Below, one piece after another: positions 10,148 through 19,669 of a DNA stretch of 36,469 nt (position 1 is the stretch's first letter; every line of letters starts with the position of its first letter). The notes under the pieces are model-generated. The model saw only the letters and a list, made by a program, of their open reading frames with translations. It made no database searches and had not been told where the DNA came from. The position numbers and the translations under genes were made by a program. This DNA is from a virus. Its lineage: Duplodnaviria > Heunggongvirae > Uroviricota > Caudoviricetes. Location of the stretch: IMG/VR virus record IMGVR_UViG_2724679138_000003, one strand, 5' to 3'.

Positions 10148-10891
10148 TTAACCTGCGGCGCTGACAGCCACCGCAGCCACTGCCACAAAATCGCCGTCAG
10201 AAGTCATGCCCACAATGCTGACACTGCCCTGCTTCACGCCTTTCACCGTGGCCACAAGCCCGTTCAGGGTCACCGTGGCAGTCTGTGGATCTGTCGAATG
10301 CACACTGATCGCTTTGTCACTGGCTCCGTCAGGTTTTACTGTAAAGGTCAGCGTGGTGGTTGCTCCCACTTTTACACTGGCAGATGCCGGTGCCACCGTC
10401 AGCCCGGTAACGCTCACTGTTTCAGTGCCTTCCTCTGCCAGATACGGACGCCCCACACCGCTGATTTTCACTGTGCGGGTCATCACGTCTTTTGAGGCAA
10501 TGGTTTTACCCAGTGAGCTCAGCCAGCCACGGAAAACATCAACAGTGCCGTTGGGATATTTGATACGAAACGCGCAGACTTCACCGGAGTCGAACAACTG
10601 AACCAGTTTTTTCTGCCCGCTGTCACCCGGACGCCAGGCCAGCGTCGCCGAAGTATCACCGACGGATTTCTGCCCCTGGGTTGTCGTTTTCCAGTCTGCA
10701 TCTTCATCATCGAGATAAGTGTCATCTTCTGCATCAGCGGTCATTTCGCCAGGTTGCAGATCCTTCACCATCGCAAGACGCAGCCAGTCAGTGTCCGATA
10801 AAGGGTTCGCAAACGCATCGCCCTTGCCGGTGTACATCCAGAACGTCGTTCCCGCACCTTTCGTTTTTGCCAGTGGATTTGGTGTGGTCAT
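10148..10891 (-). CDS. V: Major tail protein V with C-terminal Ig-like domain
   Basis: ATG 10891 preceded by AGGAGG. MTTPNPLAKTKGAGTTFWMYTGKGDAFANPLSD... resembles lambda V as recalled; C-terminal TVxP/Ig-like repeats. Confidence 0.88.
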   Translation of the reverse strand: MTTPNPLAKTKGAGTTFWMYTGKGDAFANPLSDTDWLRLAMVKDLQPGEMTADAEDDTYLDDEDADWKTTTQGQKSVGDTSATLAWRPGDSGQKKLVQLFDSGEVCAFRIKYPNGTVDVFRGWLSSLGKTIASKDVMTRTVKISGVGRPYLAEEGTETVSVTGLTVAPASASVKVGATTTLTFTVKPDGASDKAISVHSTDPQTATVTLNGLVATVKGVKQGSVSIVGMTSDGDFVAVAAVAVSAAG

Positions 10892-10902
10892 TGCCACCTC
10901 CT

Positions 10903-11316
10903 TTAATTCGTGTACGTGATCTGGTACGTGATTTCCGCCATCGCCCAGGTGGCCATCTCATTATCACGTTGATAGTTAAAACCGAGAGGGATCAGGGTGT
11001 CGATGAGTCCGGAAAGTGCCGGTATATCATTCAGGGCCGGGAAAATGGTGCTCTCCATCCACATATCCAGCTCTGAATCCGGTGCCTGTGCCCGGATGAA
11101 GACAGCAATATGCAGAACAGCTTGCCAGTCATCTTCATCCGTCATTTTTCCGGTGTACTGAGCATCACTCAGCCACACCGCCACGGCAGGCAGTTCCTGC
11201 GCATCAATAAATGCCGGAAGCCCGTCAAAAAACGTGGCGCTGTCTCCACACTGTTCCCGAAGGCGTGCCAGTACGGCCTGGCGGATTTGTGTATGTCGGT
11301 TCATCGGGTCAGCCAT
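10903..11316 (-). CDS. U: Tail terminator protein U
   Basis: 137 aa; ...ATFFDGLPAFIDAQELPAVAVWLSDAQYTG... resembles lambda U as recalled. Confidence 0.85.
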   Translation of the reverse strand: MADPMNRHTQIRQAVLARLREQCGDSATFFDGLPAFIDAQELPAVAVWLSDAQYTGKMTDEDDWQAVLHIAVFIRAQAPDSELDMWMESTIFPALNDIPALSGLIDTLIPLGFNYQRDNEMATWAMAEITYQITYTN

Positions 11317-11879
11317 AACCTCAGTTGTTGTTTCAGTGCATACCCCAGCTCTTTCGGCATTTCCGCAGCAATAATGCGGTCGCGGGCATCTTCAAATGCC
11401 TGTGTCAGCGGTCCGGACAGCGGGACTTTCACCACATCAATGGGGTAACGATTTTTGCCATCAATACGCCGCATCACATGCCAGCGACCATTCGCCAGTT
11501 GCTGAATAAACGCATCCCGGAAAAGATATTTACCCACCTTCAGCACACTGCCACGGTACTGCAGTTTTCCACCACGCCGGGCCAGTCTGACCCGGGCTGT
11601 CCCCAGCTTAATAGCGGGCAGATTGCCCCGGTTAACGCGGATCCTGGCCGTCATTTTTCCTGACGGACTGGCTTTAAACACCCGGACACGCTGACGTACC
11701 AGTTTCAGGGGGATCCCTTTCACCTGGTTATCTCCCGCAACGGTATTCCCGGCAACCTGCCGGGTGGCGACCGAGACCGCTTTCTGTGCCACACGGTTTA
11801 TCGCCCATGCGCTGGCCTGTGGCACCATACGGGTATCAAGGCTGTTCAGATTACGGATGGCATTCTCAAGCCCCTTCAT
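11301..11879 (-). CDS. Z: Tail completion protein Z
   Basis: 192 aa, MKGLENAIRNLNSL...NGRWHVMRRIDGKNRYPIDVVKVPL...PKELGYALKQQLR resembles lambda Z as recalled. Confidence 0.85.
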   Translation of the reverse strand: MKGLENAIRNLNSLDTRMVPQASAWAINRVAQKAVSVATRQVAGNTVAGDNQVKGIPLKLVRQRVRVFKASPSGKMTARIRVNRGNLPAIKLGTARVRLARRGGKLQYRGSVLKVGKYLFRDAFIQQLANGRWHVMRRIDGKNRYPIDVVKVPLSGPLTQAFEDARDRIIAAEMPKELGYALKQQLRLWLTR

Positions 11880-11890
11880 CCCACACCTCT

Positions 11891-12166
11891 TTACTCAATA
11901 AAGATCATTGGCTTATCGTTAAAACGTTCATGCCGTGTGACCGTCCATTGTTGTCCGTCATAAACAACGCGATCCCCGCGCCGTGGGCGGTATCCCGAAG
12001 AAAACACCACCAGAGAGACCGCAGGTCCGGACAGAGCATTCAGCTCTGCCAGTGTTTCTCCCGGGATCACAGTCATATCGACATCATTAATCGAGGCTGT
12101 CTTTCCCATCTTTCTGACCGTGATAGCATCCATACGCGCTGCCAGCCGGGAAAAGGGATCAGACAT
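11891..12166 (-). CDS. Head-tail joining protein (FII-like)
   Basis: 91 aa; position between head decoration gene and Z; ...RGDRVVYDGQQWTVTRHE... resembles the lambda FII C-terminal motif as recalled. Confidence 0.6.
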   Translation of the reverse strand: MSDPFSRLAARMDAITVRKMGKTASINDVDMTVIPGETLAELNALSGPAVSLVVFSSGYRPRRGDRVVYDGQQWTVTRHERFNDKPMIFIE

Positions 12167-12482
12167 TGAGTTTTACCGGCACTTCTTCTGCACTGGTTCC
12201 GGCATCTGCCCAGACAACCCCGACCAGCGGATCAGAGCCGCTGTTAGTCAGCTGAACTTTTCCGGACTTCAGATAAACCTTCTTACCCGTTTTCATGTCA
12301 TCCGTTTTCAGCTTAGGCAGCATAAACACACCTTCGGTCATGCCGTCGCCTGTTTCACCCTGTGGAATATCGGTCAGCGCCACCGCAAAAACATCGCCCA
12401 CCTGCACCAGATCTCCGCTGCTGATGGCTGCACTGGCAACAATCGCCACCGTTTTTCCTTCTTCTACAAAATTCTTTGCCAT
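12159..12482 (-). CDS. Head decoration / capsid-associated protein (DUF2190-like)
   Basis: ATG 12482 with GGAG upstream; 107 aa, MAKNFVEEGKTVAIVASAAISSGDLVQVGDVFAVAL...; small Gly/Val-rich protein directly after the capsid gene. Confidence 0.6.
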   Translation of the reverse strand: MAKNFVEEGKTVAIVASAAISSGDLVQVGDVFAVALTDIPQGETGDGMTEGVFMLPKLKTDDMKTGKKVYLKSGKVQLTNSGSDPLVGVVWADAGTSAEEVPVKLNV

Positions 12483-12525
12483 AACTGTCTCCGCACAGCC
12501 CCGTTCAGGGGCTGATTTCAGGTAC

Positions 12526-12548
12526 AAAAAAAGCCCTTACGGGCCATC
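12526..12548 (-). terminator. Hairpin plus U-run just past the capsid gene, followed by a second 7-bp hairpin (12496-12514)
   Basis: Minus-strand GGCCC-gtaa-GGGCT followed by TTTTTTT; then CAGCCCC-tgaac-GGGGCTG directly before the SD of the next gene. Confidence 0.5.
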
Positions 12549-12568
12549 AGAGTTGTTGTCTGCGACGT

Positions 12569-14527
12569 TTACGCCGTACATTTCACCAGACCGCGGTGAT
12601 CAACTGGCGCGACACCGGCGTCAATACGCACTTTCGTTGTCACGCCATCCACACTGAAGCCCTCCATCTGATCAATATATGGCGTATCCACACCGTTGAG
12701 ATAAGCCACTTCAATCGTATCGGAGCCTTTTGACGCAGCCAGGTAGAAGGTGGTCTGGCTGTTATCATCAAGACGAGGCTCTGCAATAACGGTCGCAAAA
12801 TCTTTCACCGGGTTAATAATACCGGCGTTAATGTCAGCCCCCTTGACACTTGAGGAGCGAATGACCTGGTTAGCAACAGATTCCATCGCCGTCGGTACCA
12901 GTACGAACGCAGGACGAATATTCAGATGACGCTCCCCCTCTTTCTGAACGCGCATCAACTGGCGGGCTTTATCCAGCGATGCCACGTCCATTGCAGCGCT
13001 CTCCAGTACGTTTGCATGTTTCGCTTTATCGAACAGGCTTACATTATCTGTGGAGATTTTCGGGTTAGACGTCAGAATGGCATAAACCAGATCGGCAATA
13101 GTGGATTTCGCCGCACGGCCCAGCTTCATCGGGACATCGGTCAGCATATTCAGATCATCATTGATAATGGCCTGACGGGTGATACTGAACAGCTCGCCAT
13201 AGGTCGCCAGTGCAATAGTGGCCTGTTTATCTCCGGTGGTGACGTATTTATATTCCGCCCCTTCACGCACCTGACGCAGAGCACTGAAGCCCCCCATACC
13301 CACACGATGGGCAATTTTAAAATCAGACAACTGGCCTTTCCGCGTCCACTGTTCATAGGTTTCAGGGGCATCTTCCCAGCCCTGCAGAATGGCTTTGTTC
13401 GCAACATCCAGCAGAATATTACCGAAGTCAGACGTACTGTGTGTGAACGCCGCACCGACCATCTGCATCGGGTTATAACTGGAAACCCCAATACCCCGTT
13501 CAGTCAGTGACATACGGGCATATTCACGCAGGGTCATCCCGTTGTAGACATTATCACGTTCGGTTTTTTCAAATCCGGCACGCGCCATCAGCGCCTGGCG
13601 GATCCCGTCCCCCACAAAATTACCGTTACCGGCATAAATATGAGCCGGGGTATTTTTATTGGATGGCGTGGACTCTCGCCCCATCTCGTTCAACAGCTTC
13701 TCGCGGGCCTGCTCCAGCGAACACTCAGGATCGGCAAGGCACTGAGCCTGCAGCGCCTGATAACGCCCGCCAAACATGGCAAACAGATCATTAATACCGT
13801 TTACACGCGCTTTTTGCTCTGCCAGTACCTGCGCACGGATGCTGTTTTCATCCACCACGGGTGCTGCTGCCTGCACTGGCGTCCGGGGGGCTGCTGGTTC
13901 ATCATCCGGTACGCGTGGAGCACTGTTGCGTGGCGGAGTAATCATGTTTCGAATAGATTCCGGCATCTTTTTAAATTCCTCTGTACGTTTTGACTGAATA
14001 CATGCCATTGCCTTAACGGCTGGCGTCACCTGGTCAGCAAATCCATGAGCCAGACATTCGGCTCCGGACATCCAGGTCTCATCCGCCAGCATGGCAGCAA
14101 TTTCATCGGTGGTTTTCCCGGTTTTCTGTGCATAAGCGGGTAAGAGAACCGCCTCAACTTTATCGAGCAGGTCGGCATAGGTGCGCATGTCCTCCGCATC
14201 ACCGCCCGTAAAGCCAAATGGTTTATGAATCATCATGAAAGTGTTTTCCGGCATAATGACCGGGTTTCCCACCATCGCAATGACCGACGCCATTGATGCC
14301 GCCACTCCGTCGACATAAACGGTAATGGACGCACCATGTGTTTTCAGTGCATTAAAAATGGCGATGCCTTCAAAGACATCGCCACCCGGTGAATTGATAT
14401 GGAGATTAATGTGGGTGATATCGCCCAGTGCATTCAGATCACTGATAAACTGCTTCGCCGTAACACCCCAGAAACCAATCTCGTCATAAATATAAATATC
14501 CGCGTCACTCTGATGACCAGCCTGCAT
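12569..14527 (-). CDS. Prohead protease (ClpP/S49-like) - scaffold - major capsid protein fusion
   Basis: ATG 14527 lies 13 nt past the portal stop. N-terminal domain DADIYIYDEIGFWGVTAKQF...INSPGGDVFEGIAIFNALK is ClpP-like; central Pro/Ala-rich linker; C-terminal ~300 aa is capsid-like. The track ORF is extended upstream by read-through into the portal gene. Confidence 0.75.
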   Translation of the reverse strand: MQAGHQSDADIYIYDEIGFWGVTAKQFISDLNALGDITHINLHINSPGGDVFEGIAIFNALKTHGASITVYVDGVAASMASVIAMVGNPVIMPENTFMMIHKPFGFTGGDAEDMRTYADLLDKVEAVLLPAYAQKTGKTTDEIAAMLADETWMSGAECLAHGFADQVTPAVKAMACIQSKRTEEFKKMPESIRNMITPPRNSAPRVPDDEPAAPRTPVQAAAPVVDENSIRAQVLAEQKARVNGINDLFAMFGGRYQALQAQCLADPECSLEQAREKLLNEMGRESTPSNKNTPAHIYAGNGNFVGDGIRQALMARAGFEKTERDNVYNGMTLREYARMSLTERGIGVSSYNPMQMVGAAFTHSTSDFGNILLDVANKAILQGWEDAPETYEQWTRKGQLSDFKIAHRVGMGGFSALRQVREGAEYKYVTTGDKQATIALATYGELFSITRQAIINDDLNMLTDVPMKLGRAAKSTIADLVYAILTSNPKISTDNVSLFDKAKHANVLESAAMDVASLDKARQLMRVQKEGERHLNIRPAFVLVPTAMESVANQVIRSSSVKGADINAGIINPVKDFATVIAEPRLDDNSQTTFYLAASKGSDTIEVAYLNGVDTPYIDQMEGFSVDGVTTKVRIDAGVAPVDHRGLVKCTA

Positions 14528-14540
14528 CCTGAACCAGGAA

Positions 14541-16049
14541 TTATTCTTCGGACTGGTTGTTGGTGTGCTGCGGCTCCTGTCGTTTCGTTGCGGCACTGCT
14601 ACCTCCTTTATCACTGGCCGGATCGGTATCAAATACCAGATCCAGCTTGCGGTTTTCATCAATTTCGGCCTTGCGCCGACGTTTGACATCATCCGGATTA
14701 CGACCACCAGCACGTACCCAGTCTGATTCTGTCGCCGCTCCACCACGAATCTGGATTTTCCAGGCCTCAGCCTCCTTAACAGGGTCAATCCACGGCATCA
14801 CCGGTCCGGAATACACCGCGGTATACAGTGAAGAACGGTCAAGATCGCGGGGTAGCCTGATAACACCGGATGCCACAGCCTGTTTCAGCCAGGCACGGTA
14901 CATCGGGCGGGTGACGGCACCAATAAACCAGTCCTGCAGGATCAGGTAGCCATCAGTGGATTCAACCAGCTCCTGACGCTGGGCGCTGTAAGTGCCGTTA
15001 TAGTTGCGCGCAGTACTGGAAAAACTCAGACGACTGCCAGCCGCCACTGCACGCAACTGACCATTACGAAAAGTTTCAAGATTAGGATTGGGGCGATCCG
15101 ACTTCACCATTCCGATTTCTTCGCCGGGTTTCAGATCGTCGTAAATAATGCCTGGCTGAATGGTAAGCTCGCGTTCCTTATCCTTGCTGCCATTACCATC
15201 CGGTTCATAGCTCTGCCCGTCGCCTTTGCGGATGTACATCCCCAGAGCAGCGGCGATCCTTGCTGCAGTCAGCTCAGAATCTTCATACTCTTTCAGGGCA
15301 CTGAGGCGGATCAACACACCGGACAACAAAGACGTCCCGCGCATCTGGTGCAGACGGCGAACAAATTTAAGATGCAGCATTCGCTCTGCATCCACTTCTT
15401 TGGTTTCCATCTGCCGTCCGGATACGGGACGGCTTTTATACACCAGATATTTTTCGGGACGCCCCCAGTCATCAACAAACACGCCCTGATTCAGCCTGTT
15501 GCTCTCATCACTGGTCATGGGAATAAAGTCCGGCTCGAGCGCCTCCAGCCAGAAATGAACACCGGCAGAAGGCGTCAGGCTGTTTATGCGCCCGGAAACC
15601 ATCTGGGCAAACACCTCACCATCGCGCAGCCAGGTACGCAGCATCAGACGTTCCAGCATCGGACGGGTAAACTGCCCGGTGACTTCCGGGCTGACAGACC
15701 ATTCACTCCATCGGGTGCGAATCTCCGCAGCCAGGTCACGGGCAATGGCTCCATTGCGTAATACCGGATGTGGCTCGACAATAATTCCGTTTTTCCCCAC
15801 CACCCGTTCTTCCAGCTTGTCAAATACACCAATAACCAGATCGTGGTTGTTATCAAGGTAACGGGCCTGCTCACGTAACGACACGGCCCCGTACTGGCTT
15901 AACTGGTCGGCAGTTCGGTTTTCCCGCCGGGCTTTGTGTGTCCGCGTCGTTTTTACGGCCTCATAAGCCTGGATCACCGCACGGGAACGCAGCCTTGCCG
16001 CTTTCCATCCTGGTGAAAAAACGCCAATCACATCATCAAGAATTGCCAT
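14541..16049 (-). CDS. Portal protein (lambda gpB-like)
   Basis: About 502 aa; ATG 16049 overlaps the W stop (TGATG); position between W and protease/capsid. Confidence 0.8.
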   Translation of the reverse strand: MAILDDVIGVFSPGWKAARLRSRAVIQAYEAVKTTRTHKARRENRTADQLSQYGAVSLREQARYLDNNHDLVIGVFDKLEERVVGKNGIIVEPHPVLRNGAIARDLAAEIRTRWSEWSVSPEVTGQFTRPMLERLMLRTWLRDGEVFAQMVSGRINSLTPSAGVHFWLEALEPDFIPMTSDESNRLNQGVFVDDWGRPEKYLVYKSRPVSGRQMETKEVDAERMLHLKFVRRLHQMRGTSLLSGVLIRLSALKEYEDSELTAARIAAALGMYIRKGDGQSYEPDGNGSKDKERELTIQPGIIYDDLKPGEEIGMVKSDRPNPNLETFRNGQLRAVAAGSRLSFSSTARNYNGTYSAQRQELVESTDGYLILQDWFIGAVTRPMYRAWLKQAVASGVIRLPRDLDRSSLYTAVYSGPVMPWIDPVKEAEAWKIQIRGGAATESDWVRAGGRNPDDVKRRRKAEIDENRKLDLVFDTDPASDKGGSSAATKRQEPQHTNNQSEE

Positions 16050-16261
16050 CAGAACCTCGCCAGCCGGTACCCGGGATGCCCCCGTCGTCGTGTAATCAGA
16101 GCCGCAAGGCGGCGCTCCCACTCCTGCCGTCCCTGCCGGATCTCAGATAAGTTTTCCATGGTCATCTGCTGACCATTAAAGGTGACGGATTTTCCGTCCA
16201 GCACCGCCATTTCAGCTTCCGTATAACGCTGAATCATGGCTTCGATATCATTCTGGTTCAT
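16049..16261 (-). CDS. W: Head-tail joining protein W
   Basis: About 70 aa, MNQNDIEAMIQRYTEAEMAVLDGKSVTFNGQQMTM...; GGAGG 6 nt upstream of ATG 16261; lambda gpW-like position and size. Confidence 0.75.
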   Translation of the reverse strand: MNQNDIEAMIQRYTEAEMAVLDGKSVTFNGQQMTMENLSEIRQGRQEWERRLAALITRRRGHPGYRLARF

Positions 16262-18360
16262 AACCATCCTCCGGAAGTCAGCCAGGGGTTAACATCGTCA
16301 GTTACTGTTTTCTTCCGTTTTTGTTTTTTAACAGGCGTGGATACCGGTTCCGGTGTGGGTGACGGTTCGGTACTGTCCGGGACACACTCCAGCCAGGTTT
16401 CCCGGCTCGCCCACTCCGGTGCATCCGGCCAGCGGATCTTTTCGTATCCATGCAGAATGACCAGAGCCTCGGCATACACCATCAGGTCAAAAGCTTCGTT
16501 GGCACCGCGACCCGGCTTACTCCATTTCCCGTCACTGCTCCGCTCTTCATACGTCAGTTCGTCGTAAAACCAGCTCCCCAGCCAGTCAGGGAAATGCACA
16601 TAGCCTGGACCTGGCGAGTCACGCCATAACGCGTTATTCACCCGGTCTTTCAGGGCATCCGTCTGAAGAAGCCAGAGCGGCACATCACCTGCGGCCTGCG
16701 CCCGGCGGCCCGTTCGTCCGGTGTTATCAGGGAATGTACGGCTGATCAGTTTTGCGCGCCGGATGCTGTCACCCTTAAACAGGTAAATACGTTTACCAAG
16801 GCCATCACGACGGCAACGACGCCAGAATTTATAGGCATTATCAGTGACCCCGTCTTCACCGCCGGAGTCCACCGCCATTGCCATCAGTCGCATTTGTTGA
16901 GAAGGATCGGAGGCCAGCGGCCAGCTTTTATGAAAAACATCCGTCAGCAGGACATCCCAGTCTTCCGGATAGCTGGCCGGATCAATTCGCTGGCTCTCCC
17001 CGTCGCTGTCACCGCGCAATGACTGCGTGATGTTGTAACGATCAATAATCCAGCGTTCGCCACGGCTGCCATAGCCCGTTACCTGAACCACAAAACGGCG
17101 ATGACGTCCCGCCTGCACATCCACTGTCGCCACAAGGAAATTAACGCCATCCGGCACACTGCGGGAAGGAACTGGCTCTGCCCGCTGCTCAAGCAGTTCA
17201 CTTTTTCGTTGCTCCATGCTGGCGCGGGGAAGATAAGGTAATCCCCAGTCGGTATTGATAACCGTCTTGAGTGTTTCTTCACTTCCGGTTGTCTCGTATT
17301 CCTGTTCTGCAGTAAGCAGTTTGTAAACGAGTTGCGAGAGTGTCTGATAAGCAGCTGCCGGACCCTCCATCCAGAATGACGCAATACGTGAACGCCGGGG
17401 ATCACCATAACGACTGCCATCTGCATTGATGGATTCACCATCCCGTAACCAGACCCCACGTCCGTTCAGCTCGCGTTTTTGTTCAGGCAAAATCCGTCCT
17501 GAACAGGAAGGACACTGAATATAAGCCGCCTCACTTGCCAGCACAGGATCGGCAATATCACGGAAACCAGCAACCACATCGCCGCAGGGCTGAAAATACT
17601 CACCACAGTGTGGACAGGGCCAGTACCAGCGACGGCGATCGCCACGGTTATAGAGCGACAGGATCCCCGTGGTTGGTGGAGCCTCATGCGGTGAAGTCCG
17701 TCGCCATTTCACATCCTTCACATCCCTGCCGGGGGAACTCTCCACCAGCGTCATACCACTGGACATAAATGTGGTGGTACGTTTTGAGGCAAGAGAGAAG
17801 GCATCCCCCTCACCATCAATATCTTCCGGAAAACGGTCATAATCCGTCAGCGCCACGCATTTATAATCTGATGAAGACATGATATTGACTGACGGCCAGC
17901 CGATTTTCAGGTAGTTGCCAGCAAGGAATGTTCTGTCATAAACGTTGTTGTCATTTTTGTTCGGACTCAGGCGACTGACCACTTCCGGGCTGACGCGAAA
18001 CGTTCTGGCGAGTCGTTTTTTGGAGTGTTCGCGGGCTTTTTCCTCCGTCATCTGAATGATCAGCATATCAGCAGGATCGCAAATCACGTTGTAAATCACC
18101 CAGCCGTCAATCAGGCCGATAGTCTTGCCGGTTCGTGCCGGGCCAACAAATATCACTGCGTCGTATTCACGCGAGGCCAGGCAGTTCATAGGCTCAATAA
18201 CATACGGTGCCACCAGCGGATCCCACGGGACTGAGTTCCCTGCCCCCATAGGCACCCGCATATACTGAGCAACGGCATCAGCAACCCGCATTCGTCTCGG
18301 TGCGCGAAGGATATAACCTGAATCGGTTCGTGCTGCCTTTGCGGTTTCCTGATTCAGCAT
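16258..18360 (-). CDS. Terminase large subunit (lambda gpA family)
   Basis: 700 aa; Walker A-like VGPARTGKT; CPHCGE motif as in lambda A (recalled); AGGAGG upstream; start overlaps the small-subunit stop (TAATG). Confidence 0.88.
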   Translation of the reverse strand: MLNQETAKAARTDSGYILRAPRRMRVADAVAQYMRVPMGAGNSVPWDPLVAPYVIEPMNCLASREYDAVIFVGPARTGKTIGLIDGWVIYNVICDPADMLIIQMTEEKAREHSKKRLARTFRVSPEVVSRLSPNKNDNNVYDRTFLAGNYLKIGWPSVNIMSSSDYKCVALTDYDRFPEDIDGEGDAFSLASKRTTTFMSSGMTLVESSPGRDVKDVKWRRTSPHEAPPTTGILSLYNRGDRRRWYWPCPHCGEYFQPCGDVVAGFRDIADPVLASEAAYIQCPSCSGRILPEQKRELNGRGVWLRDGESINADGSRYGDPRRSRIASFWMEGPAAAYQTLSQLVYKLLTAEQEYETTGSEETLKTVINTDWGLPYLPRASMEQRKSELLEQRAEPVPSRSVPDGVNFLVATVDVQAGRHRRFVVQVTGYGSRGERWIIDRYNITQSLRGDSDGESQRIDPASYPEDWDVLLTDVFHKSWPLASDPSQQMRLMAMAVDSGGEDGVTDNAYKFWRRCRRDGLGKRIYLFKGDSIRRAKLISRTFPDNTGRTGRRAQAAGDVPLWLLQTDALKDRVNNALWRDSPGPGYVHFPDWLGSWFYDELTYEERSSDGKWSKPGRGANEAFDLMVYAEALVILHGYEKIRWPDAPEWASRETWLECVPDSTEPSPTPEPVSTPVKKQKRKKTVTDDVNPWLTSGGWL

Positions 18361-18854
18361 TACTCCTCCTGCTGTAATTCCTCCTCATCATCCGCACCTG
18401 CTTCAGTCACCCGCAGGGCTATCTGATCGCGCAGATCATCAATAATGGACTGAACACGGCTCACAGCGGCAGGCTGCAGACCGCAGTCACGTTCAAGAAT
18501 ATCCGGTAATGTCTCCAGCACCTGCACGACCGCTTTTGCCCAGATGGCAAACTCCCGTCTGACATCACTGGCCGGAATGAGTTGTGCCGTTTCCTGTTCG
18601 AACTTAAGACGCTCACGTTCAGACTGATACCAGGCTTTGCGCTCATGCGCGTCCATTTCGCCTTCTGCAACCGGCGGTGGTAATGCCAGAAATGCCGACA
18701 CAATATCAACCACCCGATAAAGCTTGAGGTTGCTTTCATGCCCCCCTGCAACGGGTAGATTTTGCAGCCTTGCCGCAGCAGTCTGGCGATGTACACCTGA
18801 CAATGCCGCCAGTTGACTGATATTCAGCGTCAGATTTTTTAACTCTCGATCCAT
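18360..18854 (-). CDS. Terminase small subunit (Nu1-like, N-terminal HTH)
   Basis: 164 aa, MDRELKNLTLNISQLAALSGVHRQTAAARL... (HTH), acidic C-terminus; directly upstream of terminase large subunit and downstream of cos-like region. Confidence 0.8.
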   Translation of the reverse strand: MDRELKNLTLNISQLAALSGVHRQTAAARLQNLPVAGGHESNLKLYRVVDIVSAFLALPPPVAEGEMDAHERKAWYQSERERLKFEQETAQLIPASDVRREFAIWAKAVVQVLETLPDILERDCGLQPAAVSRVQSIIDDLRDQIALRVTEAGADDEEELQQEE

Positions 18855-18989
18855 ACCCGCTCCAGAATGTTTTAAACATGCATCTTGCGAACAACTTTAG
18901 GCAAACGGTGTTAGTGATGAACAAAAAACAATCAGAATCGACACCATAAAAATAAAACCACTGTAATATCAATCAATTACAGTGGTGGT

Positions 18990-19060
18990 GATGACGAATA
19001 AAATTTCAAAAACTAGCCTTTTTCCGCGCCGCTCCCGCCCCGTGGCAGGCCACCCCACCG
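18990..19060. other. Candidate cos site (cosN/cosB)
   Basis: Minus-strand ACGGGGCGGGAGCGGCGCGG followed by an AT-rich tract (AAAAAGGCTAGTTTTTGAAATTTTATT), about 180 nt upstream of the Nu1-like start. Resembles the lambda left-end arrangement (GGGCGGCGACCT...TTTATGAAAATTTT) as recalled. Confidence 0.4.
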
Positions 19061-19669
19061 GGAGGACCCGTCAGCCTGACAGCCATGACGAACGTCTGAT
19101 ACAGCACCCTGCATGAATGGCATCGGGATAATCCAGAAAGGAATAGCATCGTACCCACAAGAATCTGTGTGAGTGTCCTGTTTCTTCCACCCCCGCACAG
19201 GACTGGCGAGCATGAGGGACAAACCCGCGAATCATTAGCGCGGTAAAAACCCGGTGTGCATCGTTTTTGATTATTCCCGCACACTCTCGCAGAAGGAGTT
19301 CCCCGTCGGGCTACGGTCTCTGTTAATACGGGAATACGGCGACGATACAGCGCATGATGTGTCAGGCTTGAATACCTTTATCCGTTAAAAGGGATATCAG
19401 TTAAGTTATCCCGTGTAGGGTATAAACCATTATCAAAGCCACTCTGTAGGGAGTGGCTTTTGTAATGACAATAAAAAGCCCCGCGAATACGAGGCTAAAT
19501 CCTGGTATTTGTAATGACTGGCTCTTATCTCAACGCAGCCCCTTACCGCGCGCAAGATGCTCAATATCAAGCATCAGCAATGAGATATTTAATCTGCATT
19601 CACTCCAGAAGTGATCACCACCCTGTCTACAGAGCCAGATGTGAAGGATGATGAGTAAAATTATCGCTA

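Noticed and set aside
14557-15874. Plus-strand ORFs inside the portal gene
   Set aside because: Antisense to a well-supported structural gene; no independent signals.
19006-19284. 92-codon minus-strand ORF in the cos region
   Set aside because: GC-rich Cys/Gly/Arg-rich translation overlapping the putative cos site; no SD; more likely non-coding packaging DNA.
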